Positions 51,561-62,670 of a stretch of 64,000 nucleotides of DNA are shown here, piece by piece; positions within the stretch are counted from its first letter, which is position 1, and the number at the start of each line of letters is the position of its first letter. The DNA lies in assembly GCA_963803435.1 (NCBI GenBank), contig CAWDML010000015.1, positions 45,922 to 109,921 of the forward strand. Reading direction: 5' to 3'. This DNA is from an uncultured delta proteobacterium (GTDB taxonomy: Bacteria; Myxococcota; Kuafuiibacteriia; Kuafuiibacteriales; Kuafuiibacteriaceae). A model generated the notes under the pieces. The model was not told the DNA's origin, did not search any database, and saw only the letters and a list, made by a program, of their open reading frames with translations. The position numbers were made by a program, and so were the translations under genes.

Positions 51561-54500
51561 GCCGGGTACATCGGGGCGCTGCTCCTGCTCGCGCTCGCCG
51601 CCGGCTGCGGCAAGAACCTCGGCACGCTGCTCCGCGCGAAGGACGCGCCGCCGGATTCCGCCGCCGCCGACCTGCACGGACGAGGGGACGGTCTCGTGCG
51701 GGGTCGGCGCCTGCGCGCGGACGGTGCCTGCCTGCGTGGACGGGGTCGCCAACACCTGTATCGCAGGCGAGCCGGTGAGCGAGGCCTGCAACGATCTCGA
51801 CGACGACTGCGACGGTGCCGTCGACGAGGGCTGCGACGACGATCATGACGGCTACTGCGACATGGCGTTCACCGTCGTGGGCCGGCCGAAGGTCTGTCCG
51901 CTGGGTGGACCGTACGCGCGAGACTGCGACGATACGTCGGCCGCCCGAAACCCAGGTCAGGTCGAGATCTGCGAGGACGACATCGACAACGACTGCAACG
52001 GGCTCGTCGACTATCTGGACATCAATCGCTGCGTGCCCGTCACCGCTTCGTTCCAGGACGCCGACGGCCTGGTATCGCTGCTCCATGGCAACACGCAGGT
52101 GATCCGCGCGATCCTCACTCCTCCCAGCGCCGAGCTCGAGCGCCGCTGGGCTGTGACCAGCGCGCTGCCCGACACGAGCTGCGCCGTCAGCGACGTCACG
52201 ATCGCCTCGCCCGAGGAGCAGCCCGACGCCACGCTGCGCACGATCGGGATCGTCGACGATCCGAACAAGCTCGACTGCCGCTACGAGCTGACGCTCTTCA
52301 TCGGCGAGGTGCCCGCCGATCGGCTCACGCTCTCGATGCGGAACCCGCGCCCCCGGGTGGATCAGGTGGTCGGCGCGACCCTCGACGGCGACGTGCTCGT
52401 GCTCAGGGTGGCGGCCGGTACCAATCCCTGGATCACCGCGGTGGTGCCGTCCGACGACGACGTGCCGGTGGTGGTCGAGTGGGTCGGCCAGAACGCGTCG
52501 CGGCTGGACTGCGGCAGCCCCTGTGTCGGATCGCAGATGCGGTTCAAGCAGCCGCTCCCGGTGGGCACGTACAACCTGCGGCTGCGGGCCCGGGACGGGT
52601 TCGATCGACGCAACCGCGTACGCGATCTCCGGATCGAGGCGGCGGCCTGCGTGTGGGCCAACGCGCTCGGTTCAGGGAACGGTACCGGGCCGGCCCGAAC
52701 GCAGGCCTTCGGGACGCTCCAGGCGGCGATGACCGCGGCGCTCAGCAACAGCGCGGCCGACGTCTGCATCTCGGGAGGCGGCACCTTCAACCTCACCTCG
52801 CCGCTGACGATCCCGGGCGGCCTCGAGCTGAACGCGGCCTTCGACGAGATGGGGATGCCGAGCTCGACGCCGACGTCGCTGGTGTTCGGACCCATGGCCA
52901 ACCTGGCGTTCGCACCCGGCTCCGCTCCGGCGCTCCGCATGCTCACTCTCCAGGGCGGCGGCGCCGGGCCGCTGGTCGAGGTGCGCGACGCCTCGCCCAC
53001 GTTCTTCGGCGTGGAGATCGTGCTGTCCGGAGCTCGGGGCGCGCGCGGGATCCACTTCGAGACCACCGGCGTGGATCCGGCGCAGGTGCGCGTCGTCTCG
53101 AGCAGGCTGCGCGCCGTCGATCCGCTGACGGACGCCACCGGGATCGAGGTCGAGGGCGGGACGGGGATCGCCGAGCTGATCTGGAATGGTGCCAGCACCG
53201 TCGATGTGCTCAACTGCGCCGGCACTTGTCGGGGCGTGGCGCTACACGGCCGCGCGAAGGCGACGCTGGTCGGCGAGCGCATCGACGTCGAGGCTGTCGG
53301 CGCCGGTAGTCTCGCCACCGCGATCGAGGTGATCGGTAACCTCCGATCGGCCCGCCTCCGCTGACGTCCGCACGATCAAGCAGATCATCGCGCGCACGCG
53401 GGCGCAGCGCCCCGCCGATCAGACCGTCGCGATCCGACTCTCCAACACCGAGGGTGTGCACATCACCGGCAACGAGATCATCGGGCCCACCTACTACAAC
53501 AATGGACTGCGATTCTCGGCCGGGATCGCCGACGGCGAGGTCCGCCGGGACGGCACCTTCGACGCCGGCGGCTCGGCGAACCTCACGATCTCGGGCAACC
53601 GTCAGATCGTGGCGGGTCGCTCGAACAACGCCTGGAACAACGCCACCTGCGCCGATCCGCGTCTCGCCCGGGAGGGGAGCGACGTGGCCGCGGGGATCCT
53701 GCTGGTCGGCACCTCGAGCGCCACGCTCTTCAACAACGGCAGCAACGCCTCGCGCGACTACGCGATCTTCGGCGGCGCCTCCAGTGCCGAGTGGGATCCT
53801 GCGTCCCGCGTGCTCCCCCCATCCGTCCCCGGGATCTGGACCGTCGAGACCACCGACGTCCGGATCGACCACAACGAGATCCGCGCCGGTGTGCTGGCGA
53901 CGATGGCGGGCTGTGTCCCCGCCCAGCTGCCCTACGCGGTCGCGGTGCGGGACGGCCTGGGCCCGAACGTGCCGTCCGCGCATGCGTCGGTGAACCTGCG
54001 GCTCACCGCCAACGGGATCGTGACGGGACGCCGCGCCAGCTTCGATCCGGTGCCCGGCCTCGATCGGGGCGGCGCTCGTCTCGTCGAGCTCTTCGGTGCG
54101 CCGGGTGCCTCCACGTACCTGGCGAACAACTACCTCGCGGCCACGCGCGGCACCGATCTGATCGGCCTGTACGCGAACGGTGTCGCCGACGTGGCGCTGT
54201 GGAACAACGTGGTGGAGCTCGAGACCATCACCTCCTCGGGGGCGGCGGTCGTGAAGCGCGGGATCGTGCTCGACGCCGCGGGGCGCGAGAGCGTCAACGT
54301 CGTGAACAACATCGTGGTGGTCTGGAGGACCGCCGGGGACGATCCCGAGGCGGTCGCGCTGGAGGAGCGCTCGGCCAGCCGCGAGCCGCTCCGGAGCCTG
54401 CGGCACAACCTGATGTTCGTGGAGGCCGCGGAGCGGGACGGGACCGGCGGCTACGTTCGCATCTCCGGCGGGCCCACCTACACCAAGGAGAACCTGGACA

Positions 54501-54718
54501 CCCTGCTCGCGGGTCTGGACGCCGAGGGCAACCTGCTCCTTCCACCTTTGTTCCAGTCACGCCGGCTCGAGCACTGGCGCTCCCTGACCCAGCTCTCGGC
54601 CCGCTCGCCTGCCCGCGATTCGGGGCAGGCCGAGGGCGCCCCGGCGGAGGATCGGTTCGGACATCCCCGGCCTCTGGGCCCCGGCGTCGACATCGGTCAC
54701 CACGAATACACACCGTGA
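51552..54718 (+). CDS. Large lipoprotein with MopE-like Cys/Asp repeats and beta-helix region (frameshifts near 51660 and 53350)
   Basis: Lipobox LAAGC; EACNDLDDDCDGAVDEG and EICEDDIDNDCNGLVD; N-x-I beta-helix repeats; C-terminal SPARDSG...DIGHHEY. Confidence 0.7.
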
Positions 54719-54769
54719 ACGGGCCGTTTTTCGTGAGGCGCGCCACTGGTCGGGTTGGGAGCCGGTGGA

Positions 54770-56272
54770 ATGACGCGACGAAGCCTGGGTTTCAACCTGA
54801 CCCTCCTCCTGCTCTCCGCGTGCGGCGGTGGCGAGGTCGGCGGCGTCACGATGGACCCGCCGCCTCCGCCCCCGACCATGCCGCCGCCGGACATGCCCGA
54901 TCCCGACCCGCCCGAGGTTCCGCTCGACGTCGACACGCTCGCCACCACCGCGACCTGCGCCGCCCTGCGCCCAGGTGAACGCCCGCTCGCCGTCAGCCCG
55001 GAAGGTCACCTCTGGCTCGCGACCTCCACCGGCGCCGTCACGCGGCTCCGCGTGCTCGACGGATGGGACGCCGCCGTCGAGCGCAACACCTCGATCGCGG
55101 TCTCCCAGATCGAAGACGCGCGCGTCTGGACGGCGACCACCGCCTCGTTCGTGGCGGACGGAGCGCTGTATCAGCTCCGCGACGGCGAGCGCATCTCGGT
55201 CTCCTCACCGATCGCGGTGGGACCCGGAACCAAGATCTGCGGCGATCTCTCGACGCGCGCCTTCGTGGTCTCGGACAAGCGGTTGATCGAACGGATCGCG
55301 GACGAGTGGATCGAGTGGAGCGGCCTCGACGACGTGCTGACCTCGAGCGCCGCCCTGGTGGCCCGCGATGGAGCTTGCTGGGGCGAGAACGATCTCGCGT
55401 GGATCAGCTCGGGTCGCCGGGAGATCTGGGAGCTCGGCCCGGCGTCGATCACGCGCGCCGACGACATGGCCGGCGCCGGTGAGGCCGCGCTGCTCGGCGA
55501 TCGCCTGCTGGTGTTGAGGGACGGACACCTGGTCTCCGGCCCCGATGCGGTGAAGGAGTGGTCCTTCGCGGCCGGTGATGCCCGCGTCCTGGCGGCCGCC
55601 GGATCGTACGCCTGGATCCTCGCCGGCGACGTGCTCCTCCGCTTCGACGGCGTGCACTTCACGCAGCTCGATCCGATCGCCGGGGCCGCGATCGGCGCCC
55701 TGTACCCTCACGCCTCCGGCGGGATCTGGGTGCAGGCGGAGGACCGCGTCTGCCACCTCTCGCCCGACGCCATGGTGCGCGTCGCCGGTCTCACGAACGG
55801 CGAGCAGCGGACCGATTCGGCGTTCACGATCCGCGCGAAGAGCAGCGGTGCGGCCGGCCAGGTGACGGCCGCGATCGACGGCGTGGAGATCGCGCCCTCT
55901 TCGGTCGATGACGGCTGGGTGGTGTTCGAGGGCGAGCTCGCGCTCGGCTGGCGGACGCTCCTCCTGACCGCCTCCGACACGCAGCGCGAGCTCCAGGTGA
56001 AGGGCCTGCCCGAGGTGGAGCGCAGCTACGCGATCGACATCCAGCCGATCTACACAGCGAACTGCACCGGCGGCGCTTGCCACAGCCCCGGGAGCACCTC
56101 GGGCGCGCCCGACCTCAGCACGTATGAGGCGTGGATTGGCCGCGCCGAGAAGATCCGCCAGCGCATCGTCGAGCGCCAGGACATGCCGCCGTTTGCGTCG
56201 CGCAGCCCCGACTGGGGCGACCAACAGATCACGATCATCAACGAGTGGCTCAGTGGAGGGTTGAGACCATGA
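54770..56272 (+). CDS. Lipoprotein with beta-rich body and C-terminal cytochrome c-like domain
   Basis: Lipobox LLSAC, poly-Pro linker; DIQPIYTANCTGGACH...MPP...IINEWLSGG. Confidence 0.8.
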   Translation: MTRRSLGFNLTLLLLSACGGGEVGGVTMDPPPPPPTMPPPDMPDPDPPEVPLDVDTLATTATCAALRPGERPLAVSPEGHLWLATSTGAVTRLRVLDGWDAAVERNTSIAVSQIEDARVWTATTASFVADGALYQLRDGERISVSSPIAVGPGTKICGDLSTRAFVVSDKRLIERIADEWIEWSGLDDVLTSSAALVARDGACWGENDLAWISSGRREIWELGPASITRADDMAGAGEAALLGDRLLVLRDGHLVSGPDAVKEWSFAAGDARVLAAAGSYAWILAGDVLLRFDGVHFTQLDPIAGAAIGALYPHASGGIWVQAEDRVCHLSPDAMVRVAGLTNGEQRTDSAFTIRAKSSGAAGQVTAAIDGVEIAPSSVDDGWVVFEGELALGWRTLLLTASDTQRELQVKGLPEVERSYAIDIQPIYTANCTGGACHSPGSTSGAPDLSTYEAWIGRAEKIRQRIVERQDMPPFASRSPDWGDQQITIINEWLSGGLRP

Positions 56273-58404
56273 CGAGACGAATGCTCCGGTCCGCGAAGCT
56301 CTGGCTGCTGGCGCCGCTCTGCGCCGCCGGGTGCCTCGCTGCGCCGTCCACATCGACGCCGCCCCCCACGGAGGATCCGCCGGTCGTCGATCCGCCGCCG
56401 GTGGTCGACAAGCCCCCGGTCGATCCGCCGCCGACGCTGCCGGTGGGTACCACGCCGATCGGTCGGCCCGAGGAGTGCGAGGTCGACCAGCTCGACAAGC
56501 CCGAGGTCTACGGGACCAAGATCAAGAGCACGCTGACCGGCCTGGCGCTCACTTCCGACGAGCTGGCGACCTTGCGCGACGATCCGGACGCGCTGGCCGG
56601 AATGATCGACGGCTGGCTCGCCACTCCGCAGGCCGACGACGTGTTCCGGCACTTCTTCATGACCGCGTTCCAGCAGGATCAGGTCACCGGCGACGCGCTG
56701 ATGGAGATGCTCGACACCAACAACGTCAACTACGGCCGCTGGTCGGACACGCAGGAGAACATGCTGCCCCTCCTGATCGACAACATGCAGCAGAGCTTCG
56801 CCCGGACCGCGCTGCGCCTGGTGAAGGAGGGCCGTCCGTTCAACGAGGTGCTCACCACCGACACCTTCGAGATGACCACGGCGCTCAAGGTGTTCTACGC
56901 CTTCGTCGATCAGCGCCACCTCGACGAGCAGGGTGCGCTCTTCGAGCGTCCCATCGGCGCTTTCACGAGCTACGTGGCGCTCCGCAACCTGGCGGACGAG
57001 CCGCCGGTCGAGGAGGTGCTCGATCCGAACAGCCCCAACGCGATGCACTTCTTCGTCCCCGAGTTCGACTCGCTGTGCACGGCGGCGGACGTGAACGAGC
57101 TCCCGTTCCAGGCGAACGGGTTCATCACCGACAAGTCCCACTTCATCTTCTCGCTGATGTTCGGCCGCGCTCAGGTGGTGATCAATCGCGGCGGCGCCGC
57201 CGGCTGCCGCGCGGCTTCACGCCCACGCCAACCGATGCTGGCCCAGAGCGACTTCTCCGACTGGACCACCGTCCACGTGCGCAAGCCGAACGCCGGCGAG
57301 CAACCGACGCGCTTCTTCCGCCTGGTCGCGATCCGCGGCGCGCAGGAGTTGGTGCTCGAGGCCGATCGCGTGGGCTTCTTCACCACGATGGGATTCTTCA
57401 ACACCTGGCCGACGAACGAGGACAACGCGGCGCGCGTCACCGTCAACCAGACCCTCATCACCGCCCTGGGCGCCAGCTTCGACGGGACGACCGTCACCGA
57501 CTTCTCGCCGCCGAACCTCGACGAGGAGCACTCGGCGCCGGGCAGCGCCTGTTACGGCTGCCACCAGACGCTCGATCCGATGCGTGAGTTCGTGCGCCAG
57601 TCCTTCAGCCCGACGTACGGACGACAGCACGATCCCGCACGCATCGACGCTGAGGCGCAGTTCGTGTTCCGCGGGGTCCAGTCGGGCGGCCAGGGTGTCC
57701 TCGCGCTCGCGAACATCCTCGCCGACCACCCCGACTTCCCGGCTGCCTGGGCGGAGAAGCTCTGCTTCTTCGCCAACTCGCAGGCCTGCCCGAAGGGCTC
57801 ACCCGAGCTGGCCAGGGTGGTGGACGCGTTCAAGGCGAGCAACCTCGACTTCAAGGTGCTGGTGCGAACGCTCTTCTCGTCGCCGCTCGTGACGAACGCT
57901 GCTTGCATCGACGGCGGCACCGGCGGCTCGCGTTCCATCGCACGACACGATCAGTTCTGCGCCAAGCTGAGCGGCCGCCTGGGCGTCCAGGACGTCTGCG
58001 CGCTCGACACGCCGAACCGCCAGCGCACCGCGCTCCAACGCCTCACCTCGACCGGTATGGCCTCCGTCCCCGCGGATACGTTCAGCCGCGGCGAGCCCGA
58101 CCCGATCACGATCTCGGAGACGGGCTTGTTCGTCCGCGCCAGCCGGGAGGTGGTCTGCACCGGGATCGGCGAGCGCGCCTATGACGCCGCCTTCGGTGGG
58201 ATGTCGAGGAACGAGGCGATCGAGAAGATGGTCGTGGAGCTGATGGGGCTGCTCCCGTCGGACTCCCGGCACGACGAGGCGGTCGCCATCCTTCGTGATC
58301 ATGTCACCGACGGCGTCGCTCAGGGTGCGACCCAGCGCGACGCCCTGCGCTCGGCCCTGGTGGTCGCTTGCATGTCGCCGGGCATGGCCGGCGTAGGCTT
58401 CTGA
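56269..58404 (+). CDS. Lipoprotein with CxxCH motif (DUF1800/DUF1585-1592-like)
   Basis: Lipobox AAGC; ACYGCHQTLDP; upstream of a DUF1501-like gene. Confidence 0.7.
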   Translation: MTRRMLRSAKLWLLAPLCAAGCLAAPSTSTPPPTEDPPVVDPPPVVDKPPVDPPPTLPVGTTPIGRPEECEVDQLDKPEVYGTKIKSTLTGLALTSDELATLRDDPDALAGMIDGWLATPQADDVFRHFFMTAFQQDQVTGDALMEMLDTNNVNYGRWSDTQENMLPLLIDNMQQSFARTALRLVKEGRPFNEVLTTDTFEMTTALKVFYAFVDQRHLDEQGALFERPIGAFTSYVALRNLADEPPVEEVLDPNSPNAMHFFVPEFDSLCTAADVNELPFQANGFITDKSHFIFSLMFGRAQVVINRGGAAGCRAASRPRQPMLAQSDFSDWTTVHVRKPNAGEQPTRFFRLVAIRGAQELVLEADRVGFFTTMGFFNTWPTNEDNAARVTVNQTLITALGASFDGTTVTDFSPPNLDEEHSAPGSACYGCHQTLDPMREFVRQSFSPTYGRQHDPARIDAEAQFVFRGVQSGGQGVLALANILADHPDFPAAWAEKLCFFANSQACPKGSPELARVVDAFKASNLDFKVLVRTLFSSPLVTNAACIDGGTGGSRSIARHDQFCAKLSGRLGVQDVCALDTPNRQRTALQRLTSTGMASVPADTFSRGEPDPITISETGLFVRASREVVCTGIGERAYDAAFGGMSRNEAIEKMVVELMGLLPSDSRHDEAVAILRDHVTDGVAQGATQRDALRSALVVACMSPGMAGVGF

Positions 58405-58418
58405 GAGGAGTAAGAGCG

Positions 58419-59729
58419 ATGAAACTCAATCGTCGAGACCTACTGAAGTCGAGCTTCGGCACGATGTTGCTCAAGTCGCTGGCGACGGGCATCCCCGCCA
58501 GCGTGCTCCTGAAGCCGCGGGTGGGCCGCGCCAGCGCGGACCTGCTGGCCGACGGCCCCGGCAGGATGTTGATCCTGACGACCTCGCAGTCGGGCGACCC
58601 GCTGAACGCGAACGTGCCCGGTACCTACGGGGCGGGGGCGCCGGGAGCGGCACACTCCGCGGATCTGTCGATGGCGCCGACCTCCCTGACCTTGGGCGGC
58701 CGGACCTTCACCGCCGCCAAGCCGTGGGCGGATCTCCCGCAGAGCACGCTCGATCGCACCGTCTTCTTCCACCACGCGACCTACACGCCGGTGCATCAGG
58801 ATCAGTCCAACGTCATGCGTCTGATGGGCGCGACGTACGAGTCGGAGATGCTCGTGTCGATCTTCGCCCGGGAGCTGGCGCCTCGGCAGGGCTCTGTCCA
58901 GGCCACGCCGTTGAGCCTGGGTGCGCGCAACGGCTCGGAGCTCTTGACCGCCGGCGGTCAGGTGCTGGCCAACGTGGGGCCGCAGTCGATCCGCGCGGCG
59001 CTCGGCGGACCGCAGGGGCCGCTCGCCGGGCTCCACGGTCTCCGCGATCGCGAGATCGATCGACTGTACAAGCTGTACCGCGATCAGGGGACGCGCCACG
59101 ACCTGCGCCTGCTCGACTCGTGGGCACGGTCGCGCGACGAGGTCCGTTCGGTCAGCGCAGAGCTGCTGCAGCGGCTCGACGCCATCGACGGCGACGACGA
59201 GATCAACCAGGTTCGCGCTGCGCCGATCCTGGCGGCCATGAACATCACCCCGGTGATCACGATCCGCCTCGGCTTCGGCGGCGACAACCACAACGACAAC
59301 GGGTTGACCACCGAGGCCGCCCAGACGGTCAGCGGCGTCGCGGCCCTCGGCCAGCTGGTGTCGGAGATCGACGGGCTGCGCGCCGAGGGCGTGCTCCGGC
59401 ACGAGGTCATCGTCGGCACGATGAACGTCTTCGGCCGCACTCTGAAGAAGAAGGGGATGAACGGGCGCGACCACAACCGCGGACATCACGTCTCGGTGCT
59501 GATCGGCAGCTCGCTGTCGCCGGGCGTGATCGGCGGGATCGAGCCGAACGGGAACGACTTCGTGGCCCGCTCGATCAACTCGACCACCGGCTCGGCCGGC
59601 GGCGACATCCCGTTCGAGGAGACGCTCGGCTCGATGGCCAAGACCCTCGGCCTGGCCCTCGGCATCTCCCGGGAGCGCATGGATGCGGCCGTGAAGCTGG
59701 GCCGTCCGGTCGAGGCGGCGCTGGCCTGA
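58419..59729 (+). CDS. Tat-exported DUF1501-like protein
   Basis: MKLNRRDLLK twin-Arg signal; GGDNH, VFGRTL and GRDHN motifs. Confidence 0.8.
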   Translation: MKLNRRDLLKSSFGTMLLKSLATGIPASVLLKPRVGRASADLLADGPGRMLILTTSQSGDPLNANVPGTYGAGAPGAAHSADLSMAPTSLTLGGRTFTAAKPWADLPQSTLDRTVFFHHATYTPVHQDQSNVMRLMGATYESEMLVSIFARELAPRQGSVQATPLSLGARNGSELLTAGGQVLANVGPQSIRAALGGPQGPLAGLHGLRDREIDRLYKLYRDQGTRHDLRLLDSWARSRDEVRSVSAELLQRLDAIDGDDEINQVRAAPILAAMNITPVITIRLGFGGDNHNDNGLTTEAAQTVSGVAALGQLVSEIDGLRAEGVLRHEVIVGTMNVFGRTLKKKGMNGRDHNRGHHVSVLIGSSLSPGVIGGIEPNGNDFVARSINSTTGSAGGDIPFEETLGSMAKTLGLALGISRERMDAAVKLGRPVEAALA

Positions 59730-59855
59730 TCCGCCTGTGATCTGGATACGCAGTCAATATCCTGCTCCTCTCGCATCCAGGTGCGCTCCGGTGGGCTCGT
59801 GGCGAAGAACGTGGGACCCACCTTCCGGCGCGTCGATGTCGGGCCTTTGACCCTC

Positions 59856-60644
59856 TCAATCGAGGGGCGCGGCCATCTGCGCCTTGATGAACGCCAGCGC
59901 GCTCGCGAAGTTCTCTCCCAGCGACGGATCCTCGATCAACAGGCTCTGGATCCAGCCCTCGAGCTTGAGGCTCGAGGCCGTGTCGGCGTCGGCTGAGCGC
60001 AGCACCATCGACTTGGCGAGACCGACGGCCTTGGGAGGGAGGGCCGCGAGCTCGCGGGCCAGCCGCTCGGCGGCGGCGAGCGGATCCTCGGCGACCTCGT
60101 AGACCAGCCCGATGCGCTCGGCGCGAGCGGCGGTGATGAGGCGTCCGGTCATGATGAGCTCGCGGGCGCGCGCCGGCCCGACCGCCCGCACCAGGCGCGT
60201 GGTGCCCCCGCCGTCCGGGATGATACCGAACGCGACCTCGGGCAGGCCGAGGACGCAATCGCTGGAGACCACGCGGAAGTCGCAGGCCAGGGCCAGCTCG
60301 AGGGCGAGGCCCACGCAATACTTGGAGGCGGCCACGATGACCGGGCGCTCGAGGCGCTCGATCGCGTCGAAGACCGCGTGAAGGCCCGCGTGGAGGTGGC
60401 GGAAGGAGATCTCGCGGCTCTGCTGGAACAGCTCCATCAGGAGCGTGTGGTCGATCCCGGAGGAGAAGACGTCGCCGCCCCCCCTGAGGATCACCGCGCG
60501 GACCGAGGGCGTCTCGGCTACCTCGTTGAACGCTCGGGCTAGGCCCTCGAGCACCAATCGATCGATCGCGTTGCGCTTCTCGGGCCGGTTCAGGACGATC
60601 GTGGCGACCTCCGAGGAGACGTCGCACCAAACGGTCTCAGCCAT
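59856..60644 (-). CDS. Enoyl-CoA hydratase/isomerase family
   Basis: LNRPEKRNA, FSSGID, LELALACDFR and LPEVAFGIIP motifs. Confidence 0.92.
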   Translation of the reverse strand: MAETVWCDVSSEVATIVLNRPEKRNAIDRLVLEGLARAFNEVAETPSVRAVILRGGGDVFSSGIDHTLLMELFQQSREISFRHLHAGLHAVFDAIERLERPVIVAASKYCVGLALELALACDFRVVSSDCVLGLPEVAFGIIPDGGGTTRLVRAVGPARARELIMTGRLITAARAERIGLVYEVAEDPLAAAERLARELAALPPKAVGLAKSMVLRSADADTASSLKLEGWIQSLLIEDPSLGENFASALAFIKAQMAAPLD

Positions 60645-60820
60645 CCGCGCGAGTGTGGCGAGGTCGTGCCGTTCCGTCGAGCGATTCGTATGCCTCGTCA
60701 CAGGATCATCGATTGCAGACGGAGGAGCTGGGTCGGCCTACCTGTGGGTGGCCGGCGTAGGTCAGACCTTGAAGTGACGATCCGTGTGGGGTGACCTAAG
60801 GATCGCGGATCGAGGAGGTA

Positions 60821-61522
60821 GTGGTGGAAAGGCGGCACGAATGGGTGATCGTGGCGAGCGTTCGGGGAGAACGCGCGCGGCCGTACTTCGGCGAGGGTGA
60901 CGCCGGACAAGGCGAGTCTTCGCTGGTGCAGGCGATGCGGCGTGCAAGTCAGATTGCACCATCGTCGCACATTACACCGGTGGTACTCGACGAGCATCGC
61001 CCGTGGTGGGCGCCGCTGCTCCGGGACCTCCCCAAGCAGAACCTCGTGATCGAGCCGTTCGATCGGGGCACCGCTTGCGGCATTCTCCTCGCCGTCGTGC
61101 GCCTCTTGCGCCGCGATCCGAAGGCGTGTGTCGCGATCCTCTCCGCGGACGCCGATGCCTCCGACCTCGAGGTCGCGCACGCGTATCGAAGCGCGCTGGA
61201 TCTGGCGAATCGACATGACGCCTGCGCTGCCGCCACGCGCGACGGGAGCATCGCGCGCGTGGAGTGGCTCCCGGCGGGCGAGGTCGAGCTCATCGTCGGA
61301 TCCGTGCAGCACCTGATCGCGCTGTTCCAGGAGACGCAACCCAAGTTGCTCCAGACGTACCTCCGAGATCTCCACGGACCGGCGCTGTTCTCCGACGATG
61401 CGCTCGATACGCTCTATCCCTTCCTCCCGGAGGTCGCGCTGACGACCGGCGTGTTGGAGAAGGTCCGCCCGCGAACGCCAGCCCTCGCTCCTATGGCCGA
61501 AGCGCGGCGCGCGGTCATATGA
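60821..61522 (+). CDS. Degenerate mannose-1-phosphate guanylyltransferase-like protein
   Basis: LVIEPFDRGTACGILL...RDPKACVAILSAD; the LAGGxGxRL motif is eroded. Confidence 0.6.
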   Translation: MVERRHEWVIVASVRGERARPYFGEGDAGQGESSLVQAMRRASQIAPSSHITPVVLDEHRPWWAPLLRDLPKQNLVIEPFDRGTACGILLAVVRLLRRDPKACVAILSADADASDLEVAHAYRSALDLANRHDACAAATRDGSIARVEWLPAGEVELIVGSVQHLIALFQETQPKLLQTYLRDLHGPALFSDDALDTLYPFLPEVALTTGVLEKVRPRTPALAPMAEARRAVI

Positions 61523-62215
61523 TGGGCCGCTGCTCGGACTGACGAGACACCTTTTCACGGCGCTGTTGCTCTCCTCGTGTGGCGGGCAGGCCGTCGTGTC
61601 TCCGCCGGATCATTCGGGAAAGAAGAGCGCGTTGGTCGTCATCGAGGGCCGCGCCTCCGTCCGCGCGATTGCCCTCGACGCCGGCGACATGGATCGCTTC
61701 GTCGGCCCGGCATTCGACGCCGAGAACCACGCGCGGATCACGATGTTCCTGTACGACGTCCCGCTCGAGGCGCTCGACTTTCCGCCGGGCGAGCTCCGCA
61801 CCGCCGATGTCACGGCCCCGGTGGCGCGCCCGCTCCCAGCCACGACCGCGGTCTACCAGTCCGAGGTCGAGCCGGGCGGCTTCGAGTGGACGGCCCTGGG
61901 CGCGACTCCCGGCCGACTCGAGTCCTTGCGTCTCGCGGCCACGCCCTTGGGCGACTGCCTCTCCGGCGGCGGATGCTACGCGACGCTGGAGCGGGCGGCG
62001 GAGCTCTGGTGCACCACGCCGTGCCCGGCTTCCCCGGCAATCGAACCGAATGGAACGCCGTCGCCCCCGGTGCCGCCGGTCTTGACCTGGTCGGCCCCGC
62101 CGCGCGTCGCGTGCGCTGCCGACGAGGTCCAGTGGGCCGACGCGGAGCGCTGCGCGCCAATCGCGCCCTGTCCATCAGGTGTCTTCGCGGGCGGGCTGCC
62201 GCCCGGGACGATCCA
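61519..62215 (+). CDS. Truncated Cys/Pro-rich lipoprotein
   Basis: Lipobox LLSSC; protein-like reading ends at ...GGLPPGTIH, where unrelated sequence begins. The start region appears frameshifted. Confidence 0.5.
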
Positions 62216-62401
62216 CTGTGCCCTGGATCGCGGATCTGATCCCAGTCCAGGAGATCCTCCAGCGTCTTCCGGAACGGCGTGTTGTCCGACGCGTAGGTCC
62301 AGCTCGGCATGTTCCACCAGTCCAGCCGCGGCGTGTACATGTGGGGGACCCCGAACATCGACCAGGATTGCCTGATCACGGACGGGAGGAACGGAATCGG
62401 C
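62216..62401 (-). pseudogene. Patatin-like phospholipase fragment (downstream of IS insertion)
   Basis: PIPFLPSVIRQSWSMFGVPHMYTPRLD...WTYASDNTPFRKTLEDLLDWDQI; the D..P.R.TL...D pattern is typical of patatins. Confidence 0.55.
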
Positions 62402-62670
62402 AGGGAGAGTGTGGGGTAGTGCTTCCGGCCCGGCTTCCCCGATCTTGACTGAGCAGGGGCGTAGGGTCGGGAGCCTGGGTCCCGGCCTGGCCTGCGAATC
62501 GGCTGACGCCCTCTCGGGCTGTCCTGCGAATCAATCTGCCGGCCGGGGCCCAGGTTTTTTCTGGCACCCACCAGCGGTGCCGGCCTGATCTGCCCGGCCT
62601 GGGCAAGAGGCCGGGGTTTCACAGATCCGGCGGCCAGCGGGTGCGTGCCATCCCTCAACCTCAGAAAGGG

